Positions 11,889-24,564 of a DNA stretch of 64,000 nucleotides are shown here, in pieces. The notes beneath the pieces were generated by a model. It saw only the letters and a list, made by a program, of their open reading frames with translations, was not told the DNA's origin and made no database searches. The stretch comes from Leucoraja erinacea. Taxonomy: Eukaryota. The first letter of the stretch is position 1. Every line of letters begins with the position of its first letter. Both the position numbers and the translations under genes were made by a program. Location of the stretch: assembly GCF_028641065.1 (NCBI RefSeq), contig NC_073382.1:16678001-16742000 (forward strand). The letters run 5' to 3'.

Positions 11889-11993
11889 GTTTACGAAATG
11901 ATGTCTCGTAAATGACGTGCAAATGACGCCCACGTGGGACAGGCCCTTTGGCCTCTTCCAGAAGCTCCACCTGCAACAATGTAAGAATATTTC

Positions 11994-12360
11994 TGTAATT
12001 GGCCTGTGTACCTGTCAGTAATGTATTATTGTAATTTGTTACACTTGATTGGATTGTAAATGTACCACCCCACTGTAGTTTGGCTCCTCAAGGTTCGGGG
12101 ACCTATAAAAGGCAGCTCCCACGAGGTCCATGGTCGATCTTCTGGAAGAGCGTTTGGGACTGCCTGAGCTTTTGGAGTGTTTCTGCTTGAATGAGGCTAA
12201 AGGGCTTGGCCAAGCAGAGACAAGGATCGAAAGGATCAGTGGTTTAGGTATCGTATAGGGTGATTTGTTGTGCTTTCTAGCAATAAAGTTTAGTTGTTCC
12301 AGTGCTTGAATTAGTGGTTTCTTGACTGACCTAGACGGGGGGGAATCTTTGGCATCTACA
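11994..12360 (+). mobile_element. Solo LTR
   Basis: TGTA...TACA ends, TATAAAA at about 12104, AATAAA at about 12282, flanks ATTTC / ATTTT (near-perfect 5-bp TSD). Confidence 0.6.
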
Positions 12361-12918
12361 ATTTTTTTAATTGATTTTTATAATCTAAACATGAATGAAG
12401 GAATGAATGAATGAATAAGCTTATTGGCCAAGTATTCACATACAAGGAATTTGCCTTGGTGCTCCACCTGCAAGTGACAACATGATATACATTGACTGTA
12501 AGGAATGACACATAAAACATTTAACATTAATTATAAAACATTATCAATTTATTATTTTAAACATTATTGATTTATAAACACCATCCCATTCCTGGTTTTT
12601 GGATCTGGCTGTGCATTATTCAGCTAATGTATTTATTTTATTACAATGGCGACAGTGCTTCTAAAGGGCTTCCTTGGACGGAAGGCTGCTTGAGTGCTGA
12701 ACTGTGCACAGCAAGATCAGAAAAACAGCAGTGCGATGATATTCAGCTGCTAAAAATCAATACAAACTGATTAAAATCTGAAATAAAACCAGAAAAAGCT
12801 GGAAACAGGCAGCAGGTTGAGAAGTGTGTGTAGGGAGAAATCATGTTTCAGGACTAAAGCCCTTTATAAGAACATCTAATGTAAGGCTGCTTGGGATATT
12901 CCGAAAAGAACCTTCAAG

Positions 12919-13710
12919 CTGAGTGGGCAGATGCATGGCAAAAACAGGAAGGCAGATTATTATCTAAATGGTGTCAAGTTGGGAAAAGGGGAAGTACAAT
13001 GGGATCTGGGGATCCTTGTTCATCAGTCAATGAAAGTAAGCGTGCAGGTAGAACAGGCAGTGAAGAAAGCGAATGGCATGTTGACCTTCATAACAAGAGG
13101 AGTTGAGTATAGGAGCAAAGATAGGAGCATTAGGAGCATTTGTACAGGGCCCTAGTGAGATCACACCTGGAGTATTGTGGGCAGTTTTGGTCCCCTAATT
13201 TGAGGAAGGACATTCTTGCTATTGAGAGAGTGCAGCATAGGTTCACAAGATTAATTCCCGGGATGGCGGTCATATGCTGAGAGAATGGAGCGGCTGGGCT
13301 TGTATACTCTGGAATTTAGGATGAGAGGGAATCTTATTGAAACATTTCAGATTACTAAGGGTTTGGACACGCTAGGGGCAGGAAATATGTTCCCGATGTT
13401 GGGGGAGTCCAGAACCAAGGGCCACAGTTTAAGAATAAGGGGTAAGGAATTTAGAATGGAGATGAGGAAACACTTTTTCACACAGAGAGTTCTGTGGAAT
13501 TCTCTGCCTCAGCGGGCAGTGGAGGCCGGTTCTTTGGATACTTTCGAGAGAGAGCTAGATAGGGCTCTTAAAGATATCGGAGTCAGGGGATATGGGGAGA
13601 AGGCAGGAACGGATACTGTTTGTGGATGATCAGCCATGATCACATTGAATGGCGGAGCTGGCTCAAATGGCTGAATGGCCTATTCCTGCACCTATTGTCT
13701 ATTGTCCATG
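12919..13710 (+). mobile_element. CR1 LINE 3' fragment, (CTATTGT)n-tailed subfamily
   Basis: KNRKADYYLNGVKLGKGEVQWDLG and MERLGLYTLEFRMRGNLIE. Confidence 0.85.
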
Positions 13711-14287
13711 TTCAAAATGTACTAATTACATTTTTTCCTCTCGCGTTTTCTTCCACAGAAAAAAGCTATTATACGGATAGAATACTGAAAAGTTCATGAG
13801 TTCAGTTTGTGGACTGAGCCGTACATGTCCATAACAGAACACAATCTGTGAGCTGATGAGGTTTTATTTAGCAGCACGTGGAACCACGCCAGCTGTCCAT
13901 TGCTGAATGTACAGCATACATCTGTGAATATTTCCTGTACGTAAGATCCACACAGGATAGAATGAGACCACCATGGAACATAAAAGAAAAGATCCCCGTC
14001 TTCAGTGGTTGATGCTGCTTGTTGTTCCGTCTCAGTTATTCTCTTTCATGCTGAGCTGAAGAATGGCTGATGCAGTAAGATCTTTTGTCTTTGAATTCCT
14101 GAAGAACCGGTGCGAGATCTAGGAAAGGGGACACGTCTTGATGATGAATTTCGCCTGGATCATTAACACTGCAGAAACCCTCTCCAGCCTCAATGACTCC
14201 ATTGTGTTCCACTGGGTCCCACTCACTTTTCCTCATGAGCTTGAGTGCATCCACAATTCTTCTCTCTGTTCCAACTCACTTCTTTCA

Positions 14288-14710
14288 GCACTGGGCCTGT
14301 GCTCGCTGAAGTTTAGAAGGAAGAGGGGGGACCTCATTGGAACTTACCGAATAGTGAAAGGCTTGGATAGAGTAGATCTGGAGAGGATATTTCCATGACC
14401 TCAAGTCTAGGACTAGAGGTCATAGCCCCAGAATTAAAGGATGGTTTTTAGGAAGGAGATGAGGAGGAATTTATTTAGTTAGAGGGTGGTGAATCTGTGG
14501 TATTCTTTGAAACAGAAGGCTGTAGAGGTCAATTAAATGGATACTTGTAAGGCAGAGGTAGAAAGATTCTCGATTAGTACGGGTGTCAGGGACTTATGGA
14601 GAGAAGGCAGGAGAATGGGGTTAGGAGGGAGGGATAGCTCAGCCATGATTGAATGGTGGATTAGACTTGATGGGCTGAATGGCCTGATTCTGCTCATATC
14701 ATTTATGACT
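14288..14710 (+). mobile_element. CR1 LINE 3' fragment
   Basis: LGLCSLKFRRKRGDLIGTYRIVKGLDRVD followed by CR1 3' UTR. Confidence 0.75.
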
Positions 14711-15159
14711 CTCTGACCTTATGATATCCCACCTACTCTTTCTGAATCCTGATCCGAAATGCCAACTGTCCATTTCCCCCCCACCAGATGCTGCCTGACC
14801 GGCTGAGTTCCTCCAGCAAATACTGTATATTGTGGTCCCAAATACTGAATGCTGATCTAGATATGTGCCTTTGTTTTCTGGCGTGGTGGTGCTGCTGGTG
14901 GATCGCACGTTGTGGACCCCGCTGAGCTCTGGCATCAGTAGAACTGACTATCAGTAGGTGAATGCAGGCAGTGACTTCTGCCATTCCACCATCTCTCAGT
15001 AAGGAATGCGATGGAATTCTCTCAGCTTACCTGGATGAGTGCACCTCCAACAACACCCAGGAAGCTTGACAGCATGCAGTTCAAAGCAGCTAAACATTTA
15101 TTCCCAGCACTGCAGTGCAGTTAGTGGCTGTAGTGTGTACCACCCCACAAACTACTGAG

Positions 15160-15800
15160 ACGAGTAAAAACTTTTTCACCCAAGGAATTGGGAATATGTG
15201 GAATTCTTTGGCTCGGAAGACAGTGGAGGCCAATTCTCTGGGTGCATTCAAGAGAGGGTTAGATAGAGCTCTTAAAGATGGCGGAGTCAGGGGATATGGT
15301 GAGAAGGCAGGAACGGGGTACTGATTGTGGATGATCAGACATGATCATATTAAATGGCAGTGCTGGCTCGAATGGCTGAATGGCCTACTCATGCACCTAT
15401 TGTCTATTGTCTGACAGCACCTCCCAGACCCATAACCCCTACTGCCAAGATAGAAGTCATAGAGTCTTACAGTTTGGAAAGAGGCCCTCCTCCAGCAGCT
15501 TATTCCATACCCTCACCATCCTTTGTGTGAAAAAGTTACCTCTCATGTTCATGTTAAATCTTTCCCTCTTCACCTTAAACCTATGTCCTCTGGTTTTTGA
15601 TTCCCCAACTCTGGGCAAGAGACTCTGTGCGTCTACTCGATCTATTCCTCTCATGATCTTGTTCACCTCTGCAGATCACTGTTCATCTTCCTGTGCTCCA
15701 AGGAATAGAGTTCTAGCCTGCTCAACGCCTCCCTACAGCTCAGGCCTTTGAGTCCTGACAACATCCTCGTGAATCTTTTCTGCACCCTTTCCAGCTTGTC
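15160..15800. mobile_element. Two CR1 3' fragments in opposite orientations
   Basis: NFFTQGIGNMWNSL (plus strand) and IMRGIDRVDAQSLLPRVGESKTRGH (minus strand). Confidence 0.7.
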
Positions 15801-18800
15801 AAAATCAGCTGGAGACTGGGAGGACCACCACCTGTAATTACCCCTCTAGCTCCCATGTTATTCCTGTTTGGATAATATATTACTGTGCTTTCATTGTCAC
15901 TGGGTGTAAATCCACAAACTCCCTTCACAACAGCACTTTGGGAGCTCCATCAGTAGCACGACTAGTGCTTCAAGAAGGCGTTTCACTACCATCTTCATGG
16001 GGGCAATTAGGGATCAGCATAAATGCTGCCCTCACCAACAATGGTTCGATGTTTCATTGGTTCTTTATTGTCACATACTTCTTTTTGCACATGCGAGAGT
16101 CGCCATATTTTGTCGACATTTTCAAAGGTCCATATGTTCGATGTACTGGGGCGGCTCCCAGTCCAGGCCTCTGTAGGGCCTCCTCCATTGCCCTTGATGG
16201 GCTCGGCCCGCAAACTGACATTTCTCTCCTCGGCCGACCACTGCTGTGTCCCAGTGGTGCGTCCTGCAGCTGACCTTGAAGGCACTGGGGGAAAAATCTC
16301 GGCCCCTCTCCTACCGGCACATTCCTCCCATCCGTCGTCACCAACGGCTCCCACCTGCTTGTCTCTCCGACCATGGTGGCCGAGCTTGGCGGCTTCCGAG
16401 CTTCCCCCTCCTTGCAGGCAACAGTTCCCACTGGGTCCTTCTTCAGTCCAGCTCAGTTTAATTGATTGTCACGTGTACCGAGGTACAATGAAAAGCTTTT
16501 GTTGCGTGCTAACCGGTCAGCAGAAAGACAATACATGATTACAATCGATCCATTTACAGTGTATAGATACATGATAAGGGAATAACGTTTAGTGCAAGGT
16601 GAAGCCAGCCACGTCCAATCAAGGGTCAATCAATCTGAGGATTATCAAAGTAGTTGAGTATTGCTCTCTGGTTGTGGTAGGATGATTCAGTTGGACAGCC
16701 TGCCGAGTCTTCCTTCACGGTGGCCCGCCAGGTCTTTCTACGCGGCACATCTTGGGTGGCTTGTGCAACTGCCGCGGCACATCCCGAGAGCCTTCTCTCA
16801 CCCTCCCTTCATAAATGTTAAACAAAGCCGTTGGTTCTCCCGATGGGTATGTCTCTATCATATCAGGCTCGTGCTCCACAGTGCCATTCCAGCAGCTAAT
16901 GAAAGCAATTTTCAACCCTGCTTGGTTATTTTAACAGAACATGATACGCGAGTCATAGAGTCATACAGCATGGAAACAGGCTCTTTGGCCCATCCTGTAC
17001 ATGTCAACCAAGATGCCCCAAAGTACAGCAGACCCATCTGCCTGTGTTTGGCCCATAGCCCTCTAATCCTTTCCTATCCATGTACCTGTCCAAATGAATT
17101 TTAAATGTCGCTATAGTACCTGCTTGAACTGCCTGCTCTGGACAGCTCGTTCCATATAGCCAACATCTGCTGTGTGTGAAAGTTGTCGCTCAGGTTCCTA
17201 TTCAAACGTTCCACTCTTATCATATCCCCTCCAGCGCTCCAAGGAATAAAGTCCCAGCCTGCCCAATCTCACCCTAAAGCACAGCCCCTTGGTCTTGGGA
17301 ACATCCTTGTAAATCTTACCTGTCATTTATTGCCATCTTACCTACAGTAGGGTGACCAAAACTAAACACAATATTCCTGGTGCGGCCTCATCGGCATGTT
17401 GTACGTGTTAGGTCTGAAGAAGGTCCCAACCCAACACATCATCTATCCATGTTCTCCTTAGATGCTGCCTCACCTGATGAGTTATTCCAACATGTTGTGC
17501 CTTTTAATTGTACATGTTGTTTGGATCAGGATTTCTGCTATAGTGCTTATGAAAACAAATAAAAGCACAACTTGTTATATGCGTTTGTCACTCTATTTCA
17601 ATGCAGTTTCTAAGTTAATCCACGGCAAACAAAGACATATATTGGATCAAAAATATCTATTTGGCAGAACTTGGAGTACTCTTCACACTTTAAATTCGCA
17701 GCTTTTGATTTACTTCCCCATCTAACTGATCACTGAAGGCAGGGAAGCTTTTAGTAGAAGGCATACTTGTATTAATCAGGGCAACTCTGGTATTACTTGG
17801 ATATTGTGCAGCCTAGTGCTGCCATCTTGGCTAGTATTACCTTGTATAAGCACGTTGCTTCTGAACCATAAGGCTTAGTCAATAAAAAAACAGGACTCGT
17901 TTAACAATTGGCGCCATAGATGTATCTTGTAGCGACATGAGGTTGAAGCCAAATTTGGAAGTTATGTAACAGCATCTTTTATTTGTTTGGTGTTTTTGCC
18001 ATGGGAAAACTTTCCAATTTACTCCAGATGGCTGATAATAAACAAAAAGATTGACTCTGAGCCATGTAATGAAATATTAGCACAGGTGTCCAAAGACTTG
18101 GGCTGAATTTTTTTTTTTTGTGCTTTCGAGAGAGGAAAGAGGCAAAGAGGTTTAGGGAGATAATTCCAGAGATAAGGGCCCAGATATTTGAAAATGTGAT
18201 GCAGTGATTAAGAGATGGTGAAAGGGAGTGTGGCAACAAGTTGAAGTTGAGATGCTTGGATAGGAGATCATAAATATTGAGAGGGAATATATAGGAAATA
18301 AATTCACCCAGAGAGTTGTGAATTTATGGAATTCCCTGCCACAGAGGGCAGTGGAGGCCAAATCACTGGATGGATTTAAGAGAGAGTTAGATAGAGCTCT
18401 AGGGGTTAAGGAGTCAAGGGGTATGGGGGGAAGGCATGCACGGGTTATTGATAGGGGATGATCAGCCATGATCACAAAAATGGCGGTGCTGGCTCAAAGG
18501 GCCGAGTGGCCTCCTCCTGCACCTATTTTCTATGTTTCTATGTTTCTATGACAATTTGAAAGCAAGATTGAGAACTTCTAAATATTTGCTAAACTGCAAA
18601 CCTTTGTAGGTCAGGAAATAGAAAGCCAATGATGATCTGGATTTGGATAAAGCACAGTTTTATATAAGCTACAGTCATTGTGTTTGAAGAAGGTTGCCTT
18701 TCAATGTTCTCCAGAGATGCTGTCTGATCCGTTAAGTTTTTGTCATTTTTGGTATGCCAGCATCGGCAGTTCCTTGTGGCCATGCCGTCGGTCGACGTGT

Positions 18801-21044
18801 TGTTCATTTAATTACCACCTCACTGCTGTGAGCACAGACGTTGAATGTGGGTTAATATAATACATGGCAATTTTAACCTAACTCTGCCATCAGTGCATTG
18901 GCAGGATTGGCGTAACACGGGATTCATACTCTGCCCAATTCTTACTTTCTGTTGGATTGATCTGAGTAGAATATCAGGTTTGTGTGTAAAACTATTATTT
19001 TATCCTGTTGATTCAGGGCTTCACTTGTGAGCTGGGTGAAATTGTCCTCAAGCACAGAGGCCCCGTTTCAACTGTTGCTGCAACACTACAGTTATACAGA
19101 ACCTTTTCTGTTGCTTGAAAATGCTTTACAGAAAATTAATGGCTTAATTAAGTGCAGTGCCTCTGTAATATGGACAGGTAGCTGCTCACTCAAGCATAAC
19201 ATGATCCCACATTAGAATTCTATGTCAGAGATGTTGATTATAAGATAGGTATTGCTTGGAACAACAAGTTGAGTTTGAGGCATGGGTATGGGTTTACCAA
19301 ATCCATAAAAAACCTTTCCTATCTATGTTCAGCTGCTTTGTTAATATTGCAATTGTAGCCATCTCTACCACCTCCTCTGGCAGCTCATTCCATAAACCCA
19401 CCACCCACTGTGTGAAATATTTACCTCTCAAAACTCCTTTAAAAACTTCCCCTCTCACCACACTTTTTCTTCCACAGAGATACTGATGTCAGGGGCCATT
19501 TGGATGTTTGACAACTAAAACAGAGACATTTTGTTGGCCGAGTTTATTAGGTTTAGGAACCCATTGTGCACGGAAGGAGTGCATAACAAACTAGGGTTTC
19601 GGCCCGAAACGTTGCCTATTTTCTTCGCTCCATAGATGCTGCTGCACCCGCTGAGTTTCTCCAGCTTTTTTGTGTAACCTTCAATTCTCCAGCATCTGCA
19701 GTTCCTTCTTAAACACTAGGCATTTTCTCATTAAGGGCTATAACAAGCCTTCCACAAACTCAGTGTAATATACTTGGTGTAATATTGACAGATCAAATCA
19801 AGGTAGCTCCAATTAATTTAGATACCCTCGATAGAGATTCATCTTTGATCACAAGCATAAAACAGAGAGACTGTAATCTTGGTTACCTTGAATTTTCCTC
19901 CCACTTTTTGGTTCCATTGAAACCAATAGAACTGAAGGATGAAAATACAACAGCCAGCCAATATTTTAGCAATTGATTTACCCTGGCAATCAGCTTTTAC
20001 ATACAAAGCTCTTTTGAAATTCCTGGTAGACGATGAGATGATGTATTTGAAATAATAATATATTTTTTCTGATGAGAATTTTGATACCTTTTACAATTCT
20101 TAAGCCGCAGCGAAACTACAGACTTCTAAAGCAATTGTGCAATTGAAGTTAAATGTGACATTGTCTTACAGAAGCTGTATTATTTTAAAATCTTCAACCA
20201 CTATCTCCGAGGAAGATTAACATCAATTTTTAATGCGAGCATAGAATGTTCAAAATTGGGGTTGTGGACATAACACAATAATGTCATCTCTGGGACATAA
20301 ATCTAATTTATGTGATAACTTTCGATTAAACCTAAAAACACCCACTCACACACATGCACGTATCACACACACACACAAACACATATGCACACACACATAA
20401 ACACATACTGTAGGCATGCACATGCATGCATACACACAATGCTCACAAACAAAGATACGTGTGTGCATGTGAACATACACACACATACAACACAAGCGCT
20501 TGCTTGGAAAGCTGATGCTTCTTAATAATGCTCATTCACAATATTCACAGCAGAATTTCCACTTATCTCAAGTGAGTTAATCTCCAATACATATTTATTT
20601 AATTTGCAGAGCAATGCTTTCTGAAGGACTGCCTCAGTACTTATTGTACTAATTGTGTTACCCTGAATCACTCGGGAGGTTTGCTGAACATTAACGTTGG
20701 ACACACAAGCTTCAAACGTCGGATGTCATTAGAGAATTGAGGAATAAAAAACGGCAAATCCACCCGCTCAAGCTGATGGTTTGTGAATCCTTTTAAGTTT
20801 CACTTTTCAGTTCTGACAAGGGGAACGGGCGGAGAAGACAAAGCAATTCATACTTACAGGGTTATGTACTTCATGTACAAGGAAAGCCATTTGCTGATAA
20901 GTGTAGATGAGACACAGAACATTTAGCCACCTCCTCTGTCCAATCACTCACTCCAGGGTCACACTGATGATGCCTCCAGAAATACACATGGAGCAACTTC
21001 TTGAATGATTTCCCTTGGCTGCAGCCATCGTGATACAATTTATT

Positions 21045-21645
21045 AGAAACATAGAAAGATGGAAAATAGGTGCAGGAGTAGGCTATTCGGCCCTTCGAGC
21101 CTGCACCTCCATTCAATATGATCATGGCTGATCATCCAACTCAGTATCCCGTACCTGCCTTCTCTCCATACCCCCTGATCCCTCTAGCCACAAGGGCCAC
21201 ATCTAACTCCCTCTTAAATATAGCCAATGAACTGGCCTCAACTACCTTCTGTGGCAGAGAGTTCCAGAGATTCACCACCCTCTGCGTGAATTTTTTTTTT
21301 CTCATCTCGGTTCTAAAGGATTTCCCCTCTATCCTTAAGCTGTGACCCCTTGTTCCTGGACTTCCCCAACATCGGGAACAATCTTCCTGCATCTAGCCTG
21401 TCCAATCCCTTAAGAATTTTGTAAGTTTCTATAAGATCCCCCCTCAATCTCCTAAATTCTAGCGAGTACAAGCAGAGTCTATCCAGTCTTTCTTCATATG
21501 AAAGTCCTGACATCCCAGGAATCAGTCTGGTGAACCTTCTCTGCATTCCCTCTATGGCAATAATGTCCTTCCTCAGATTTGGAAACCAAAACTGTATGCA
21601 ATACTCCAGGTGTGGTCTCACCAAGACCCTGTACAACTGCAGCAG
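21045..21645 (-). mobile_element. CR1/HER1-like LINE 3' fragment
   Basis: [16 protein letters not shown]...[13 protein letters not shown]; TTTCTATG tail. Confidence 0.9.
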
Positions 21646-23099
21646 TGTCTTGGTGAGATCACACCTCGTAACGAGGAACTGGGCATAACTGGACTGAAAG
21701 CAAGGGCACAGAAGATAAACGTGATGGGCAATCTAAGGAGGAATATTCTCTAAGAAACGTTAGTTTAGTTCGGAGATGCAGCACGGAAACAAGCTCTTCG
21801 GCCTAATTAGGCCATGCCGACCAGTGATCCCCAGACACTAGTGCTATCCTACTGCTATATGGTCCAAGCTTACAACCAGTGTGGAGAAGCAGCGCTAGCT
21901 CCATGGCTCCGGACTGGTATTCCGTCAGTTCAGGCAGGGCTGTAGGTTAACCCGGCGTGACAGGCCGAGTTGAGCTGCATTTAGCGCTGGATTGAACTGT
22001 AATTACCATTCACAGGACCCACGGCAGAAGCCTTCGAAGCCTCGCGTATTTGTGTGAGTGTGCGCATGCACGCACGGCCGCCAAGAAATTGTGCCCCCCT
22101 CCCTGTCCACCAGTCCCCTCCATATTTTGATAGTGATTTCCATCACGGTTATGGGAGTGAAAGGGCAGGGGGTTGTTTTGTAGAAGTTACCTAAAGTTGG
22201 AGAATGTTCAAAGTCCTGAAATCTCTGGAGTGGTTTTGACCTCACAAGCTGCTATTCGCATAGATGGACATGTAACTCACCGAGTCATATCAAAAGGTAA
22301 ATAAAGTTACAACCTCAAGCACATGCCGCAGCAGGATGGACGTGATGTCCAAGGTTGTTAAGGCTGCAGTAAGAAAGAGTGATCATTCTTGATTAGTACA
22401 GTTGTCAGAGGTTATGGGGAGAAGGCAGAAGAATGGGATTAGGAGCGAGAGATAGATCGGCCATGATTGAATGGCAGAGTAATTCTGCTCCTATCACTTA
22501 TGATATTATCAATAATCCTGCTGAAACAAAACAAAAAGATTGGATCATACAGCGTGCAGAAACAGTTGCCAAACTGAAAGTTACTGGATCACAGTGTGGG
22601 AGATTTGCTGAGTAATATCAGAGTCCCAATCAATAAAAGTATTCGTAATTCACACTGGCAGCTGGAACACATTTGTTTCGCTCATTAAGCATATAAATTT
22701 ATTTGTGCTATTTACATAATTATTCCGGTGAATATTCATCTCCCTGTACAACACACAATGAGGCCCCTGTTTGTCATCATCACTTAGTCACAATGTGCTG
22801 CCGCTTGCTTCTTATTTATATTCCGACAGTTTTGTGGTCACATCGTTACTCATGCCCTGAATGATGAATTGCAGAAATTACAGATATGCAAGGTATTAGT
22901 CTTGCAGTCACCAGCTTTGCCTTAAATTACTCAGGTCTAATGTTCACTACACCCTCAAGCTTTGGGCAAAGCTTATGAGAGGGTTTCTCTCTGCATTTCG
23001 CACCGAACACACAGCTGGAAACTGCCAGTTGTTTGCACATTATTACGTTCTAAGTACGAATCCGCAGAGGACATGCAGGCAGGTCTTGGCTTTGAGGGA

Positions 23100-23430
23100 T
23101 AGTTCAGTTTTAGTTTAGTGCAGTGTAGTTTCGAGGTATCGTGTGGAAACAGGCCCTTTGGTTCACCGAGTCCACTCTGCCCATTGGTTACCCACACATT
23201 AGTTCCATCTTATCCTTAGTTCACATTCTGCATATGAGAAGTAATTTAGAAAAGCAAGCATGTGAGTGTGTTGAATGTAGGAGGAAACCAGAGCACCCAG
23301 AGTAAACCCAAGGAGTAAACACAGGGAGAACGTACTAAACTCTACACAGACAGTACCTGTCTGTCTCAGGATTGAACTTGGGTCTCTGGCTGTGAGGCAG
23401 CAGCTCTACCACTGCGCCACAGGGCCACCC
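23100..23430 (-). mobile_element. HE1-type V-SINE
   Basis: tRNA-like head GTGGCGCAGTGGTAGAGCTGCTGCC, V-domain and (AAACT)n-type tail. Confidence 0.7.
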
Positions 23431-23996
23431 ATAAGATTGCATCTCATATGTTGCCCACATTCAATAAATTAAAAAATCAGTCAAATTGGATGTTTTGTAT
23501 GTTCCTTGTAACTTAGAAGGAGGCCATTCAGCCCATCGAGTCTATGCTGATTCAGGTCGCCCTCTTTCCCCCACTTACGGTTGGTAGCACTAATACAAGG
23601 TTCAGACTTGCTTCAAAGTTAAAGTTCATGCCACTGGTTGAAGTCGTTGACCAATTCTGATGAAGGTCTTTCAACCTTTGTTTCTCGTTCCACAGGTGCT
23701 CTCTGACCAACTGAGTGCTTCAAGAATTTCTGTTGTTACTTCAGTTTCCCAGCCTCTGAATTGTTCAATTTTCATCAACAACAAATCATGATTGATTGTG
23801 AATAGCAAACTTTAACCAAACTTAATCTTAGCTTGAGCTTCTGTTTAAAGCGATGTCTGATATACATCTTACTCTTCACAGGATTTTTAGGGAGACATCT
23901 CTAACATCATGAGTGCCATGGTTTGCAAAACAGTTTGCTGACAACATTGTCCTGCTTCATAACTACTGAATCTACCTGAAGTGCATTTTCAGTAGG

Positions 23997-24490
23997 ATGG
24001 TAAACTGGCCAAAAAATAGGTCTTTGGAGGACACAACCTCACTTGCACTATATTTAGTTCTGGATCACCTTGTCAGTAAGAAAACCTATGTCAGGATGCT
24101 ATTTATTAACTACAGCTCAGCCTTCAACACCATAATACCGAATAAGCTCACCTCTAAACTCCCGGATTTTGGCTTTGGGGTCTCCATATACAATTGGTCA
24201 TCATAACACTTACTCCACCCTGCCCTTTACCATTTGTGCTCCTCAGTGTTATGTGTTCATTCCTTTGCTTCACTCCCTGTACATTCATGACTGTGTGGCC
24301 AAGTACACCAACAACTTGACCTTTAAGATGACTGATGCAATCACTATTGTTAGCTGGATCAACAACAATGATTATCTCAACAGGAGTACAGGAAAGAGAT
24401 CGAGAACCTTGTGAGATGGTGTTAGGTCAACAATCTAGTCCCTAACATCAGCAAGATTAAGGAGTTGGTTGTTGACCTAAGGATGCCGGG
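23997..24490 (+). mobile_element. Rex1/Babar LINE RT fragment
   Basis: KKTYVRMLFINYSSAFNTIIPNKL and APQCYVFIPLLHSLYIHDCVAK. Confidence 0.8.
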
Positions 24491-24507
24491 GTAGTTGTGG
24501 GGAGAGA

Positions 24508-24564
<57 letters not shown>

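Larger units (their letters stand above)
8616..11895 (-). mobile_element. Young CR1 LINE, 5'-truncated within ORF1
   Basis: ORF1 remnant, ORF2, 3' UTR and (TTATATGG)n-type tail; candidate 7-bp TSD AAATGAT at 8609-8615 and 11896-11902. Confidence 0.95.
8566..11947. mobile_element. About 100-bp Harbinger-like MITE split by a CR1 insertion (halves 8566-8615 and 11896-11947)
   Basis: Left end TTA-AAGGCCTGTAACACTTGGGCGTCA; right end TGACGCCCACGTGGGACAGGCCCT; same terminal motif as the other MITEs. Confidence 0.7.

Noticed and set aside
20850-21040. Minus-strand exon ending at a GTAAGT donor
   Set aside because: No convincing acceptor, no recognisable peptide, and the upstream sequence is a CR1 tail.
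24511-24561. Poly-proline ORF or G-quadruplex element
   Set aside because: It is a homopolymer G run of unreliable length beside a LINE remnant.
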